From Eukaryota sp. TZLM1-RC (lineage: Eukaryota; Protista; Metamonada: BaSk clade): a DNA stretch of 64,000 bases. The position numbers were made by a program, and so were the translations under genes. The stretch covers positions 2,232,001 to 2,296,000 of the forward strand of contig JAUPSS010000001.1 of assembly GCA_040285825.1 (NCBI GenBank). The letters are read 5' to 3'. Position 1 is the stretch's first letter. The number at the start of each line of letters is the position of its first letter. Under the pieces are notes generated by a model. The model was not told where the DNA came from, made no database searches, and saw nothing but the letters and a program-made list of their open reading frames with translations. Positions 51,980 through 61,775 of the stretch are shown here, in pieces.

Positions 51980-53158
51980 ATGTCAGACATCTCCCAACCA
52001 GATATCTCTGACTCTAATCCACCACTTAATATGCAGCAGGTACCAGCATCACATACACATGATATAGAGGGCAACGAGGCAACGGACCCGGATCCCACCT
52101 CCCCCTCCCTTAATGTAGAAGAAGATGAAAGAGTGGACGAGGTCCCTCCATCTTCAACAACAGAAGAGGTAACGAGAACGGACCCGGCTCCCTCTCCCCT
52201 CAGGAAAAAAGTAACAGATGAGGTTACGAGAACGGACCCGGCTCCCTCTCCCCTCAGGAAAAAAGTAACAGATGAGGTTACGAGAACGGACCCGGCTCCC
52301 TCTCCCCTCAAAGCAATGGAAGAGGCAACGAGAACGGACCCGGCTCCCTCTCCCCTCCCAACTCTAGAACCTGTCTCAAAGGGAACGGATGGAGATCCCA
52401 CCTTAGACACGTCTTCCCCATTAGGAGAATATGAAGAAATTCAATCTCAACTAGATGAAATGGAGGGAGAAGACGACTCTTCTGAGGGGTTCTACAAATT
52501 ATTAAGAGAGGACGCGGAGGCTTACCTCGAACCAACAGATTTCTGTCTGTTCGAGCAACTTCCCCCTTTATGGAGTTACGTTCAAAAAAGAGGCAAAAAC
52601 GTTGGTTTCCAGACCCTCGGAATGATTGGGGATACCCAAAAGGTATTGGAAATTCCCCTCAATGAAAGGAATGAACTCATAAAGGCACTCGATAAATTGA
52701 GTAGAGAGACATTCGGGCGTAACGCAGAACGCCGCCCCAGAATCTCTGGAATGGACAAGAGAATCAATGAATTGATGTCTCTTCCCATCAAAGATAGATT
52801 GGATTGGAAGGCCTCCTTCCTAGATCAATACGGCAGGAGAATAAGGTTTCTCTCCATCGAACAGAGAAGTAGGACCGACTCGGAAGACATCCTACAATCC
52901 AAATTGCCTGCCTGGTTTGATCCTAACTTTGATACGGAAATCCATAATTACACGGAGCTGACAGAGGGTGCTCCCACATATTTTAGGGAATTTATGGAGC
53001 AGGAGGATAGTAGTGAACAAGACAAGCTTGAACCAGTAACCCCCTGGTTTGATGCAGACGCTCTAAATAATCAACATTTTCTGGCAGAAAATATGGATGA
53101 TGTAACCAACATGAACACAACATGGGAATGGTCATTCAAGAAGATGTATGTGGAATAA
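51980..53158 (+). CDS. 392-aa acidic ORF with Pro/Thr-rich repeats, probably the first ORF of an LTR element
   Basis: Intact ATG..TAA frame starting 65 nt after the LTR-junction motif; more GC- and purine-rich than host genes; no family recognised. Confidence 0.55.
   Translation: MSDISQPDISDSNPPLNMQQVPASHTHDIEGNEATDPDPTSPSLNVEEDERVDEVPPSSTTEEVTRTDPAPSPLRKKVTDEVTRTDPAPSPLRKKVTDEVTRTDPAPSPLKAMEEATRTDPAPSPLPTLEPVSKGTDGDPTLDTSSPLGEYEEIQSQLDEMEGEDDSSEGFYKLLREDAEAYLEPTDFCLFEQLPPLWSYVQKRGKNVGFQTLGMIGDTQKVLEIPLNERNELIKALDKLSRETFGRNAERRPRISGMDKRINELMSLPIKDRLDWKASFLDQYGRRIRFLSIEQRSRTDSEDILQSKLPAWFDPNFDTEIHNYTELTEGAPTYFREFMEQEDSSEQDKLEPVTPWFDADALNNQHFLAENMDDVTNMNTTWEWSFKKMYVE
52166..52357 (+). repeat. 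Four in-frame copies of a 36-bp core (E[V/A]TRTDPAPSPL), spacing 54/54/48 bp
   Basis: Copies start at 52166, 52220, 52274 and 52322. Confidence 0.95.
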
Positions 53159-53526
53159 TATCGGTCGCACATTGCATAGCTGATAATAAAGTATTGGAAG
53201 ATACGCAAAGCAGTGCCCACAATACATCATTCAAATTTGTTTTTTTTCTTCCCCCCTTCCGCGTCGAACTTTCTTCCTCTCCATCATGATTGTTGAAAAC
53301 CTCCCTTATCACGGTCCAGGCCCTCCTATTGTTTTCTTAACAATTATTCCATACTGCTCTGCGTTGTCTCCCCCTTCTTTGTTGACTCTACTGAATGTTC
53401 TTCCACTGATAACATCATCCTTTGAAACATCAATTTGGAGACATATTAGTTCCCTTCTCACAAGCATTTTGTTTTTTGTTCAATTTGACTTGACCATCAG
53501 CAGATGTTCGCATTTCTCTTCTCATG

Positions 53527-53760
53527 AAAAGCTTGCTGTCGCCTTTAAACCGCTCTTGGAGCTTCTTAGACGGCCGCTTAGTAATGCAAGTAGAAAGTTT
53601 GTGATCTGTTTACTGAAGGTTTGGTTAGTTGTTCTTGAGATAGAATTCTCACTCTTCTTAGTGGATGTTGTTGCTGGTTCTAACTATCGTATATGTGATA
53701 AAAAGCTTGCTGTCGCCTTTAAAACGCTCTTGGAGCATCTCAGACCTCCGCTTAGTAATG
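53527..53760. repeat. 60-bp dispersed direct repeat (53527-53586 and 53701-53760)
   Basis: 55/60 identical by manual comparison. Confidence 0.9.
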
Positions 53761-54320
53761 TCAATCATGTACTTTTTGGTTTTATGCTGGTTGTTCAGTG
53801 TCATTTTGGAGTATTGACTACTAGTAGTGGAGTAGTTGGATGAGGAATTTCTGAATTGTCGTAGTATTTAGCTAATTTAATAAAAAAAATTTACAATTGG
53901 TTTTTACACTGTCAAATTCAATACTGTCATTTCAGTCGTCCTGACGTTGTTTTTTATAGCTGAGTGAATCAGAATTAATTCTTTAGGCACTGGTGGATGT
54001 ACAAGTTCAATACTTGTACTTGATGCTCTTATTGTGGAATTTTTGAGAAAATTAAGTATAGTTTTTCAATAATATATCGGAACATTATGCCTGTTTTATA
54101 GCAATATACTTTTTTTAGCCTGGGTTTTCGTGAAAAATTCCCTGATGATTATATGAAATACTGAAAAAAATTTCTGTTTTTGTGCTCATTTCACCTATTT
54201 TCAACTACAAGTTTATGGTTTTATTCCTGATATCAATGAAAAGCAAGAATTATTTATAATAATAGCAAAACGAGACAAAGAAAACCACATTTATTAATTA
54301 AGTAATTATAATTAACAAAC

Positions 54321-56696
54321 TCAAACATACTCAATTTCTTTTCCAAATTCTAGAGCGACTACTCCTTCGTCAATTGGCTTTGCGGAATAAATATCAGCAG
54401 TCATTCGTACTATAATAGGTCCATTCAACCCATAAATATCATATAATGATCTAAATACTGGCCCAGATAGACTTCTATAATGATTACCTTGTACTAATCC
54501 AGGTTTAACCTCCCCTGATGACGTCACCAGGTCAGAATTCGTGATTGATTGAGGTGGCATTGACGTAGAATTCTTTATAAAGCTCTTCCAACTAATTAAC
54601 CACCTATTACTTATCATGAACCAAACCTTATTATTACCAGTATAAGAAGTATCAAGACCATAAATCTTTTGTTTCTCATCAATTCTCCTGTAAGAAAGAT
54701 CACATTGGCGACAAACTAAAGAATTAGCTGATGTAGAATTGACATCTTTTAGGGCAATTAGTGGGCCAACATGTGTAAAATTTTGACAAATTTTTGAAAA
54801 TAGCTCAGTTGGGATCACATAAGGGTGGTAAGCTGAAATTTTGCGGGGGGAGTAGACATAATCGTGTGGACAATTAAAAAAAGAAGTATTCAAAATCGAA
54901 GGAAATGCAAAATAACAAAATGAATAAATCCAACTTCCAGGTACCACAATCATATTTGATTCATCTAATGACAAATTATGAGCAGGTGAAGTGATATTGA
55001 CTTGACTAATGTTGACCAAAGCACTAGTTTTGATTGAAAGAGAAGAATCGACAGGAACCAAATTTTGTGACTCTACCAAATTTTCACCATTAAGCTTTAA
55101 TAGTTTTGAACTGTTGATGACTTCATCAATCATTTTTGATCGATCAAAATTGGCAACTGAACGACTATTCTTAACATAGAGCAACAGATAAGCATCGCGA
55201 ACATGACAAAATCCATTATTATCAAGACAAGAATTCAAATCAAAAGGAGAAATAAAAGAATCATCACAAAGTTCCCAAATATTTGGTTGAGCATTTGACC
55301 CTGATCCCTTTTGATCTCTTCTTGAGGGGCCAATTCGCACAACCGACGTGTAATGACCACCATGAACCCCTCCATGATGTTGGACGATGGAAACGAGATC
55401 ATATTTGAAATGATTGACAATCTGATCCTTAGAATTGTCATGTAAATAACGTGACAAGTCCAAATTTTCGAGGGGAAAGCTCACTGATCCTTTTATTTTA
55501 CTCGATGATCTATGAGTGTGTTTGAAGCGTTTTAATTGGATGATCAAGACTTCAGGAGACTTCATTAAGGAAAACGTGCGACTTGCCGCCACCAGCTCAT
55601 GACACGTGTCACATTCAAATTTGTTGTCACCATTCAAATTTTCAGTTTTGAAATATTCATCCAGGCAATCATAAAGAGTGACACTTCCAATATTTTGACC
55701 AAAAGGCCAAAACGATCTCTTTTTTTGTTCTTTTTGAGCTATTGGAACGCTCAAATCTAAAAAAGGTTCCCTTTTATTACAATCTTTTTTGCAAATATGG
55801 CACTTGACAGAAGAATTAAGTTCACCTTTAAAGGTATTAAAAACAAGTGAATTAAAAGAATCATTTCCAGCAAAAGATTCGTGCAAGGTGTTCAAGAAAC
55901 AATTTAAAAATTCAGAAGCATCATGTTGAAAATAATCACTGAATTGAGGGAGAGCTCTTCTCGTCTGTCTCCACAAAATTTTGACGAGATGATGTGATAA
56001 TTTGATTGATTCATCGACAGAATCAAATGATGTTTGATAGTAAGCAATTGAAAGCTTGGAAAAAGTTTTTAAAACTTCAATATTATGAAAAGATCCAGGC
56101 AAATTATCCTGAAATTGGGGACTAAATTGAAAATAATTCGCAAATACTGGAATTGCCAACAAAGCTTGAATACAGGAATTGAAAAAACAACTATTTCCCA
56201 AATTAATAAACGGAAGGGAATATATGATATCTTGGTGACGTGATGTTGACGTCACCACTGACGTGGAAGGGGTCAAGATATGCGGTTCTAAAATTGGAAA
56301 CAAGGGATGATCACGTGATGGTGACGTGATCGATGTTGACACATCACAAGCTGCACAGTAAAGCGAATTTGAAGGAAAGTGAAAGAATAACAAATGTTGA
56401 GTGGAGTTGTAGTGATCTAGCAAATGATCCTTTACGTCCATCATAAGCATGGGAGAACGCTTTGGCAGTGAGTAACAAAAGAACGAGATGCGAGATGAAG
56501 ATAGGCAATCTAGACATAAATGGAGAGACGAGGGGGAAGCTGTACACTTAGAAACACAGTGGAGGTTGGAAGGTGGCTTCTGGAGCTTAACATAATATTG
56601 CTGAATTTTAGAGAGACGAGGTTTTGAAAGAAACTTTATGAATCTTTTACATTCAAGAAGATGAGCATAATGTCCACAAGGATCATCAGAATTCAT
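54321..56696 (-). CDS. Ubiquitin-specific protease, USP20/33-like (zf-UBP, UCH, DUSP)
   Basis: N-terminal zf-UBP Cys/His pattern; Cys box NLGNSCFFNSCIQAL; QHDASEF; PEVLIIQLKRF; His box HHGGVHGGHY; C-terminal WFMISNRWLISWKSFI..PPQSITNSDL DUSP. Confidence 0.9.
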   Translation of the reverse strand: MNSDDPCGHYAHLLECKRFIKFLSKPRLSKIQQYYVKLQKPPSNLHCVSKCTASPSSLHLCLDCLSSSRISFFCYSLPKRSPMLMMDVKDHLLDHYNSTQHLLFFHFPSNSLYCAACDVSTSITSPSRDHPLFPILEPHILTPSTSVVTSTSRHQDIIYSLPFINLGNSCFFNSCIQALLAIPVFANYFQFSPQFQDNLPGSFHNIEVLKTFSKLSIAYYQTSFDSVDESIKLSHHLVKILWRQTRRALPQFSDYFQHDASEFLNCFLNTLHESFAGNDSFNSLVFNTFKGELNSSVKCHICKKDCNKREPFLDLSVPIAQKEQKKRSFWPFGQNIGSVTLYDCLDEYFKTENLNGDNKFECDTCHELVAASRTFSLMKSPEVLIIQLKRFKHTHRSSSKIKGSVSFPLENLDLSRYLHDNSKDQIVNHFKYDLVSIVQHHGGVHGGHYTSVVRIGPSRRDQKGSGSNAQPNIWELCDDSFISPFDLNSCLDNNGFCHVRDAYLLLYVKNSRSVANFDRSKMIDEVINSSKLLKLNGENLVESQNLVPVDSSLSIKTSALVNISQVNITSPAHNLSLDESNMIVVPGSWIYSFCYFAFPSILNTSFFNCPHDYVYSPRKISAYHPYVIPTELFSKICQNFTHVGPLIALKDVNSTSANSLVCRQCDLSYRRIDEKQKIYGLDTSYTGNNKVWFMISNRWLISWKSFIKNSTSMPPQSITNSDLVTSSGEVKPGLVQGNHYRSLSGPVFRSLYDIYGLNGPIIVRMTADIYSAKPIDEGVVALEFGKEIEYV

Positions 56697-57365
56697 GAGA
56701 AAGGAGGGATTGTGAAAAAGATCTTGTTCTGAATACTAGAAGAACAATTCTAGAATACCAACAACCAAGATTCAGAATTTTTCCCACATGGTGATGTATT
56801 TAATAGCCTATTAAATGCTGTTACTTTCTGACATGTCAAATCATTATGAATAAAACATGTTAATTTCCACTAATAAATACTAAAAATATAACTCAACTAT
56901 CGAAAGAAAAACGCGTTTCAGATCATATCATTCCTCCTCTATGTCCTCCAAAACTTAAAGATTTCTGAAATAACAAAAAATCGGTAGGCCTTCTTCATCC
57001 AGTGAATAATCTGCTTCTTGGTTCTGCTCGTTGACTGCCTCTTCAACTTCTGCCTCTGCAATTTCCTCCATCTCTTCCATCATTTTTTACCATTTCAGCA
57101 TTCATCCAAATGAATAAGAGTCGCATATGTAGGCGTCCTCTTGAATATTCCACTTCATCATAAGCATTATTGAGTAAATCTATTCAATTACAGGCTGTTT
57201 GCTACCAGGCCATGTGATTTGGAACAAAGAATGGAGTAAGGAATAATGAAATGAAATTGACCCAATGGTGGCAAAATGGTACCACAATGACCACATGGTG
57301 GTAAAATTGAACCACGTGGTGGTGTCCGATCAACTAGGTACCTTTAATGTGCCACAACATCAATG

Positions 57366-58465
57366 TGATGCCGTTAGGCAGAAATACCAAAGAAGAAAAA
57401 AGAGAAAAGAGACTTTATTAATAGAAATACTTGTTCTTGAACAAGTGCCACGTCATCGTGTAAATTTCTTATCTGCCTACCAAGTTAGTTTATCAATAAC
57501 AACAACACTACTTCTTCCCATTTTCTTTCAACAGTTTCGTAAACCATTTAGCATAATGAAGATAGGGGATTTGTGAGATACTGAGGCACGTGGCGTAGAT
57601 GATTTACTTCGTGCTTAACTTTTGAGGGGCAATCACGAGCTAGATGACCTTTCTGATGACATTTAAAACATGTCCCTTCAGTCAAATTGCGAGACCTATG
57701 GAATGAACGAGACTTCATACCAGCTTGACGCACAGAGTCAGTATTTTCAGAAACAGTCTTTGAAAACCTGTTCCAAGAAGCTACTCGCGTGCAATCAAGT
57801 AGTTCATTCTCTGCGGTATTTACCAATGTAGGAAAATCGGGGAATACCTCGTCCCGAATTCGAGAAATCAGAGATTTCTGAAATCCTAATGGTAGAATAC
57901 CCTTGGCGAATCTGATCATGAAGGCTGAGTCAGGCAATTTCAGTCCGGAAGCCCTGCTTTTCGCCTGGAGTAAACGTCTCAGGTAGCAGGACATACGTTC
58001 ACGGACGTCGCCCTTACGGACATCAACCTTCAACTCAGACATCACCAAGTTGAATTCCTCGTACGACAAAAACGAGGTGGAGGATCTTAAATGATCCAGA
58101 AACACCTCATCGGATGAATCAACCCCAGGTCTTGTGAGAACCAATGATTCTAACAAGAAGGGGTCAAGGAGGAGCCTTGCTGGAACAAGGTCCTTCTTCG
58201 GTGTAACAGAAGAGTACAGCTTCCACTGTTGTAGGAACAACAGAACATCATCCACTTCCATAGAAGCAAAGGACGGATTTAGTACGTGTGTAGATATCAT
58301 CTGCAATGAGGGCCAATAATTATTGATGCCGTTAGGCAGAAATACCAAAGAAGTAAAGAGAGAAAAGAGACTTTATTAATAGAAATACTTGTTCTTGAAC
58401 AAGTGCCACGTCATCATGTAAATTCCTCATCTGCCTACCAAGTTAGTTTATCAATAACAACAACA
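57366..58465 (-). mobile_element. Complete 1,100-bp non-autonomous gag-only LTR retrotransposon (TR-GAG-like)
   Basis: 142-bp LTRs at 57366-57507 and 58324-58465 (5 mismatches), TGTTG..CATCA termini, PPT GAAAGAAAATGGGAAGAAGTAG, 4-bp TSD AATG (57362-57365 and 58466-58469). Confidence 0.92.
57548..58300 (-). CDS. gag: Gag with CCHC zinc knuckle (~250 aa)
   Basis: CFKCHQKGHLARDC knuckle; lies between two LTRs; first internal ATG at 58300. Confidence 0.88.
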   Translation of the reverse strand: MISTHVLNPSFASMEVDDVLLFLQQWKLYSSVTPKKDLVPARLLLDPFLLESLVLTRPGVDSSDEVFLDHLRSSTSFLSYEEFNLVMSELKVDVRKGDVRERMSCYLRRLLQAKSRASGLKLPDSAFMIRFAKGILPLGFQKSLISRIRDEVFPDFPTLVNTAENELLDCTRVASWNRFSKTVSENTDSVRQAGMKSRSFHRSRNLTEGTCFKCHQKGHLARDCPSKVKHEVNHLRHVPQYLTNPLSSLC

Positions 58466-58466
58466 A

Positions 58467-59500
58467 ATGGACTCAAATGCTTCACCTCGGTTCACTAGAC
58501 ATTACCGTTGTGTTTTTTCTTGTCCCGTTTCCGGATAGACTTCATGTCTTGTCAACATTTTTCTTCTGTTTGTTTTCCACCTTCTACAAATTGGTTTGTT
58601 CAGCAGACTGGAGTTAGGTACATCTAGAGCGGTTCTTGCGATACTCTTATGCTCACTTATTCTGGTGAGGTTTATGGATGTGGCCACTCTCGTGGTATCT
58701 TTTCTATTGGACAGAAATATCACTGGGTGGAGGATGTCATTTTAATGAGCAGATCAATGTGTCTCAGTCGATTACCCCAATAAACATTCCTTTTATTAAT
58801 GAAATTCATAGTGGTCCAACCAATTCAAAAATGAGAATTAGATAATCTATTTCTATTCATTTTTGACGTTAGTGATATTGTATTGAAGTTTCATAAGGGG
58901 ATGATGCTCTTTTTAATAACAAACTCGCCAAGGTTTTAGGATCGAGTAACATTGTTTCTATTAGTGGTCATGGTGGTATTTGGCTGTTGATGTTCGTCGT
59001 AAAGTTTTTCTTTGATATTTGTTGAGTCGATCAAGTGGTGTATGAAAATGTTGCATTGAAACCTTCACTAATACAGAAGGTTTTTCAGTATGCTATAACT
59101 TTCTTTTTGCCTACACCACAACACTGTTTGTGTTGGGAAGGAACAACGGAGGTCAATTAGGTACAGGCGATTAGATTGGCATATCAAAGTATATTGGACT
59201 GAAATACCTGGCAATTTCTTTTATCCAAAACAACCAATGGATAGAATGTTTAGTTGTCTTATTATGTTATTCATTTCTTATGTCTTTATTATCTGAAATA
59301 ATTTGTGATTGTTATCCTTGTCTTGAAGTCATATTGATCTTCCAAAAATGTTGTTAATCAATGAATAGTTCAATTTGTTGAAGAATTGCTCTATGGTAAC
59401 TTGTGTTTCTTTCATCCAATTCAAAAGATATAAAATAGTTTCACTGTTCTTCAAAATCCTGATGATTTCTATTTAGACGAAATCATTCATTATAGGAAAA
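58467..59500 (+). pseudogene. Decayed paralogue of the RCC1+LRR gene at 5065-7239
   Basis: Fragments TLMLTYSGEVYGCG, ISGHGGI, GRNNGGQLGTGD*, YPKQPMDRMFSCLI (cf. YPKQPLDRMFSGLI); many stops and indels; 3' end approximate. Confidence 0.8.
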
Positions 59501-59719
59501 TGTTTGAAATAATATTTACACAAATTTTGATTGGTTCAGTGCAGTCAATGATTTTTGAACAAATAATCACATGTAATACTGCAATCGATTCAAATTTGCT
59601 ATTAGGAGCTTTTGAAGATTATTTAGAATATCCAGAACTTTGAAGTTCTACAACTTGTATCATCAAACATTGAAGTTCAACAAAATCGTATATTACAAAT
59701 ATCACCTAAAAATCATTAT

Positions 59720-60916
59720 TTACAAAAATTCATTAATAAAATCATCATTACGTAAATCATAATCAACAAACTCTGACGAATAGATCTTTCCATGCCAAAA
59801 ACGGCATCTATCACCTATATTGGAACAATCAATCAAAATCATATCGTCAATACCATCACCATCAAAGTCCACTGCCGTTACAGCAATGCTTGCATCATGC
59901 TGATCATCAACAAATTGGAACTTACCTTTATACCACTTATTCCAATCAACCCATATCATCCACTCCCCACCTCTGTTAATGAGCATATGCCACCATTCCC
60001 CATTTATTTTGAAAACAGTGCCACTGGAGTAATCTCCTCCACTATGCATATCAACCGATTCCAAAAGTGGTAGATAAGTGGTTGGGGAAAGATTCCCTTC
60101 CAAATCCAAACACAGTAGAGCGCGAGTTTCACCATGGATTACTGTAAGGAGGTGAGAATTGTCACATGCAGAGTCTTGTTCAACCGACGCAGTAACCCCT
60201 ACTCGTAAGCTTTCTGCTCCAATTGCTGTGGTATTTGCAACAAAAGTTCCACCCTCAACTACCTTGTCAAAGTTGCCATCAGGTTTGATGTCCATCAACA
60301 GCCATGTTTTTACGTTGATATGAGGAGTGCGTCTGGCATCCGAACAATACGTTCTTCGGGTCCACCCTAGATCTCTAGGTGGTGGATGGCAGTAATCACG
60401 ATGACAGTATCCAGTTGCAGAAACGACCACAACATCAAGTTGACCATTGTCATTGAGATCGGCTGCAACAAACGTTTGAGCTTCAGGCCAATCACGGTAA
60501 TAACGGTTGTTGATACTACTGTCATAACAAGACCTGGTATTGACAGAACGTTCAATGGTCAAGCTGGGCTGAGGTTCCGAATAGCCTGTGGATTTAACTG
60601 GAAAAAATCCATCAGGACCTTGCCAAATACGAGGTCCGGAACGGATATCATAAATGACCCTATGGTGGTAAGTTACTGAATGTTGATAGTTTGTTTGTCG
60701 AAAACTTCTCGATCTAGATTGGTCTACATCGGTGGCATAGAACACTATGGCATCCAAAAGATCGTTTTCATCAACAAAACCAGTGACAGCATGAACAACA
60801 CATGTAGAATCAATTTGAGGAAGTTCTGCTTCTAAAGCAAAGTCCTTGGATAGGTCAATTTGGAAGGAAGCTGTGCAGAAAGATACTAATGTCCAAAAAC
60901 AAATGAGGAAAAACAT
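59720..60916 (-). CDS. Secreted protein with FG-GAP/VCBS-like Ca-binding repeats (398 aa)
   Basis: Signal peptide MFFLICFWTLVSFCTAS; GFVDENDLLDAIV, ADLNDNGQLDVVV, VDFDGDGIDDMIL; ATG 60916 preferred over 61000. Confidence 0.75.
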   Translation of the reverse strand: MFFLICFWTLVSFCTASFQIDLSKDFALEAELPQIDSTCVVHAVTGFVDENDLLDAIVFYATDVDQSRSRSFRQTNYQHSVTYHHRVIYDIRSGPRIWQGPDGFFPVKSTGYSEPQPSLTIERSVNTRSCYDSSINNRYYRDWPEAQTFVAADLNDNGQLDVVVVSATGYCHRDYCHPPPRDLGWTRRTYCSDARRTPHINVKTWLLMDIKPDGNFDKVVEGGTFVANTTAIGAESLRVGVTASVEQDSACDNSHLLTVIHGETRALLCLDLEGNLSPTTYLPLLESVDMHSGGDYSSGTVFKINGEWWHMLINRGGEWMIWVDWNKWYKGKFQFVDDQHDASIAVTAVDFDGDGIDDMILIDCSNIGDRCRFWHGKIYSSEFVDYDLRNDDFINEFL

Positions 60917-60994
60917 GTTGGAAAGCCCAATAATGCTGCAAATTAAAAAATACCAGATGCATTTTAAAACAACAGCCTCAGATTCCACCATTTT

Positions 60995-61775
60995 AAACAT
61001 CCTGGAGAATTAAGATGTTCACATTGGACTGCACTTGTAAAGAACTTAAAAAAGGATGTTCGTCCAATCACAGTCTCTGAAGTTTTAAACAATATTTCTT
61101 CTACTTGCTGCGTAAATAGTTTTAATGAAACAACAAAAAAATTTGTTGCCGTTTTAATGAGGAATCATAACCACTGATGGAGTTGCTTCAGGAGAATTTG
61201 CTACAGATGTTCTATTTCTTCAAAATGAATCCAATGTTTGTATTTTGTTGGATTTTAGCAGTGCGTTCAAATCAATTAATCGTTACAATATTCATGGTGC
61301 TTTGTTGAATTGTTTGCCAAAATTCATGCCCTATTTTCAAACAACTTATTGCACAAATTCTGATTTGCATTTCGGTGATTCTATTTTGGAATCATCAAGT
61401 GGTGTCAGGTAAGGAGATCCCTTAGGCCCTCCTTTGTTTTGTCTGGCCAGTTATCCTATTTTATTACAAATTCAAGCAATGTTTCTTTCGCTAGAAATTG
61501 ATTGCTTATATTGATGACGTTGTTCTTATAACATGGCTGAAGGATTGTGAAAAAAGCAACTGTATGTATTCAAGAATTATTTAACAAAATTGCACTTCAA
61601 CTTAGCTTACTGAAAATGTGTTTGTTTGACTTTCAAATTCTCCAGTTTCTACAATAGTTGATGGTATTGAAACTCAAGCCAAATTAAATTCAGTTGACAC
61701 TTTTCGATATCTGGGTTCGTGTTTTAGAAATAATGATGAAGTAACCAATGAGTTGTTTAAAAAGTTGAACTCAAT
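60995..61775 (+). mobile_element. Decayed RT-domain fragment of family A non-LTR element, cut by an LTR insertion
   Basis: TALVKN.KKDVRPITVSE, LDFSSAF, SSGVR*GDPLGP, AYIDD, NNDEVTNELFKKLNSI, colinear with 8930-9700. Confidence 0.88.

Noticed and set aside
52166-52357. CRISPR-like array of 36-bp repeats
   Set aside because: Spacers are only 12-18 bp, the first two are identical, all are in frame within an ORF, and there are no cas genes.
53286-53843. 185-aa hydrophobic ORF as a membrane protein
   Set aside because: Hydrophobicity follows from the T-rich strand; no recognisable family.
60917-61000. 28-aa N-terminal extension of the FG-GAP ORF
   Set aside because: Runs into the edge of the RT relic; ATG 60916 gives a clean signal peptide.
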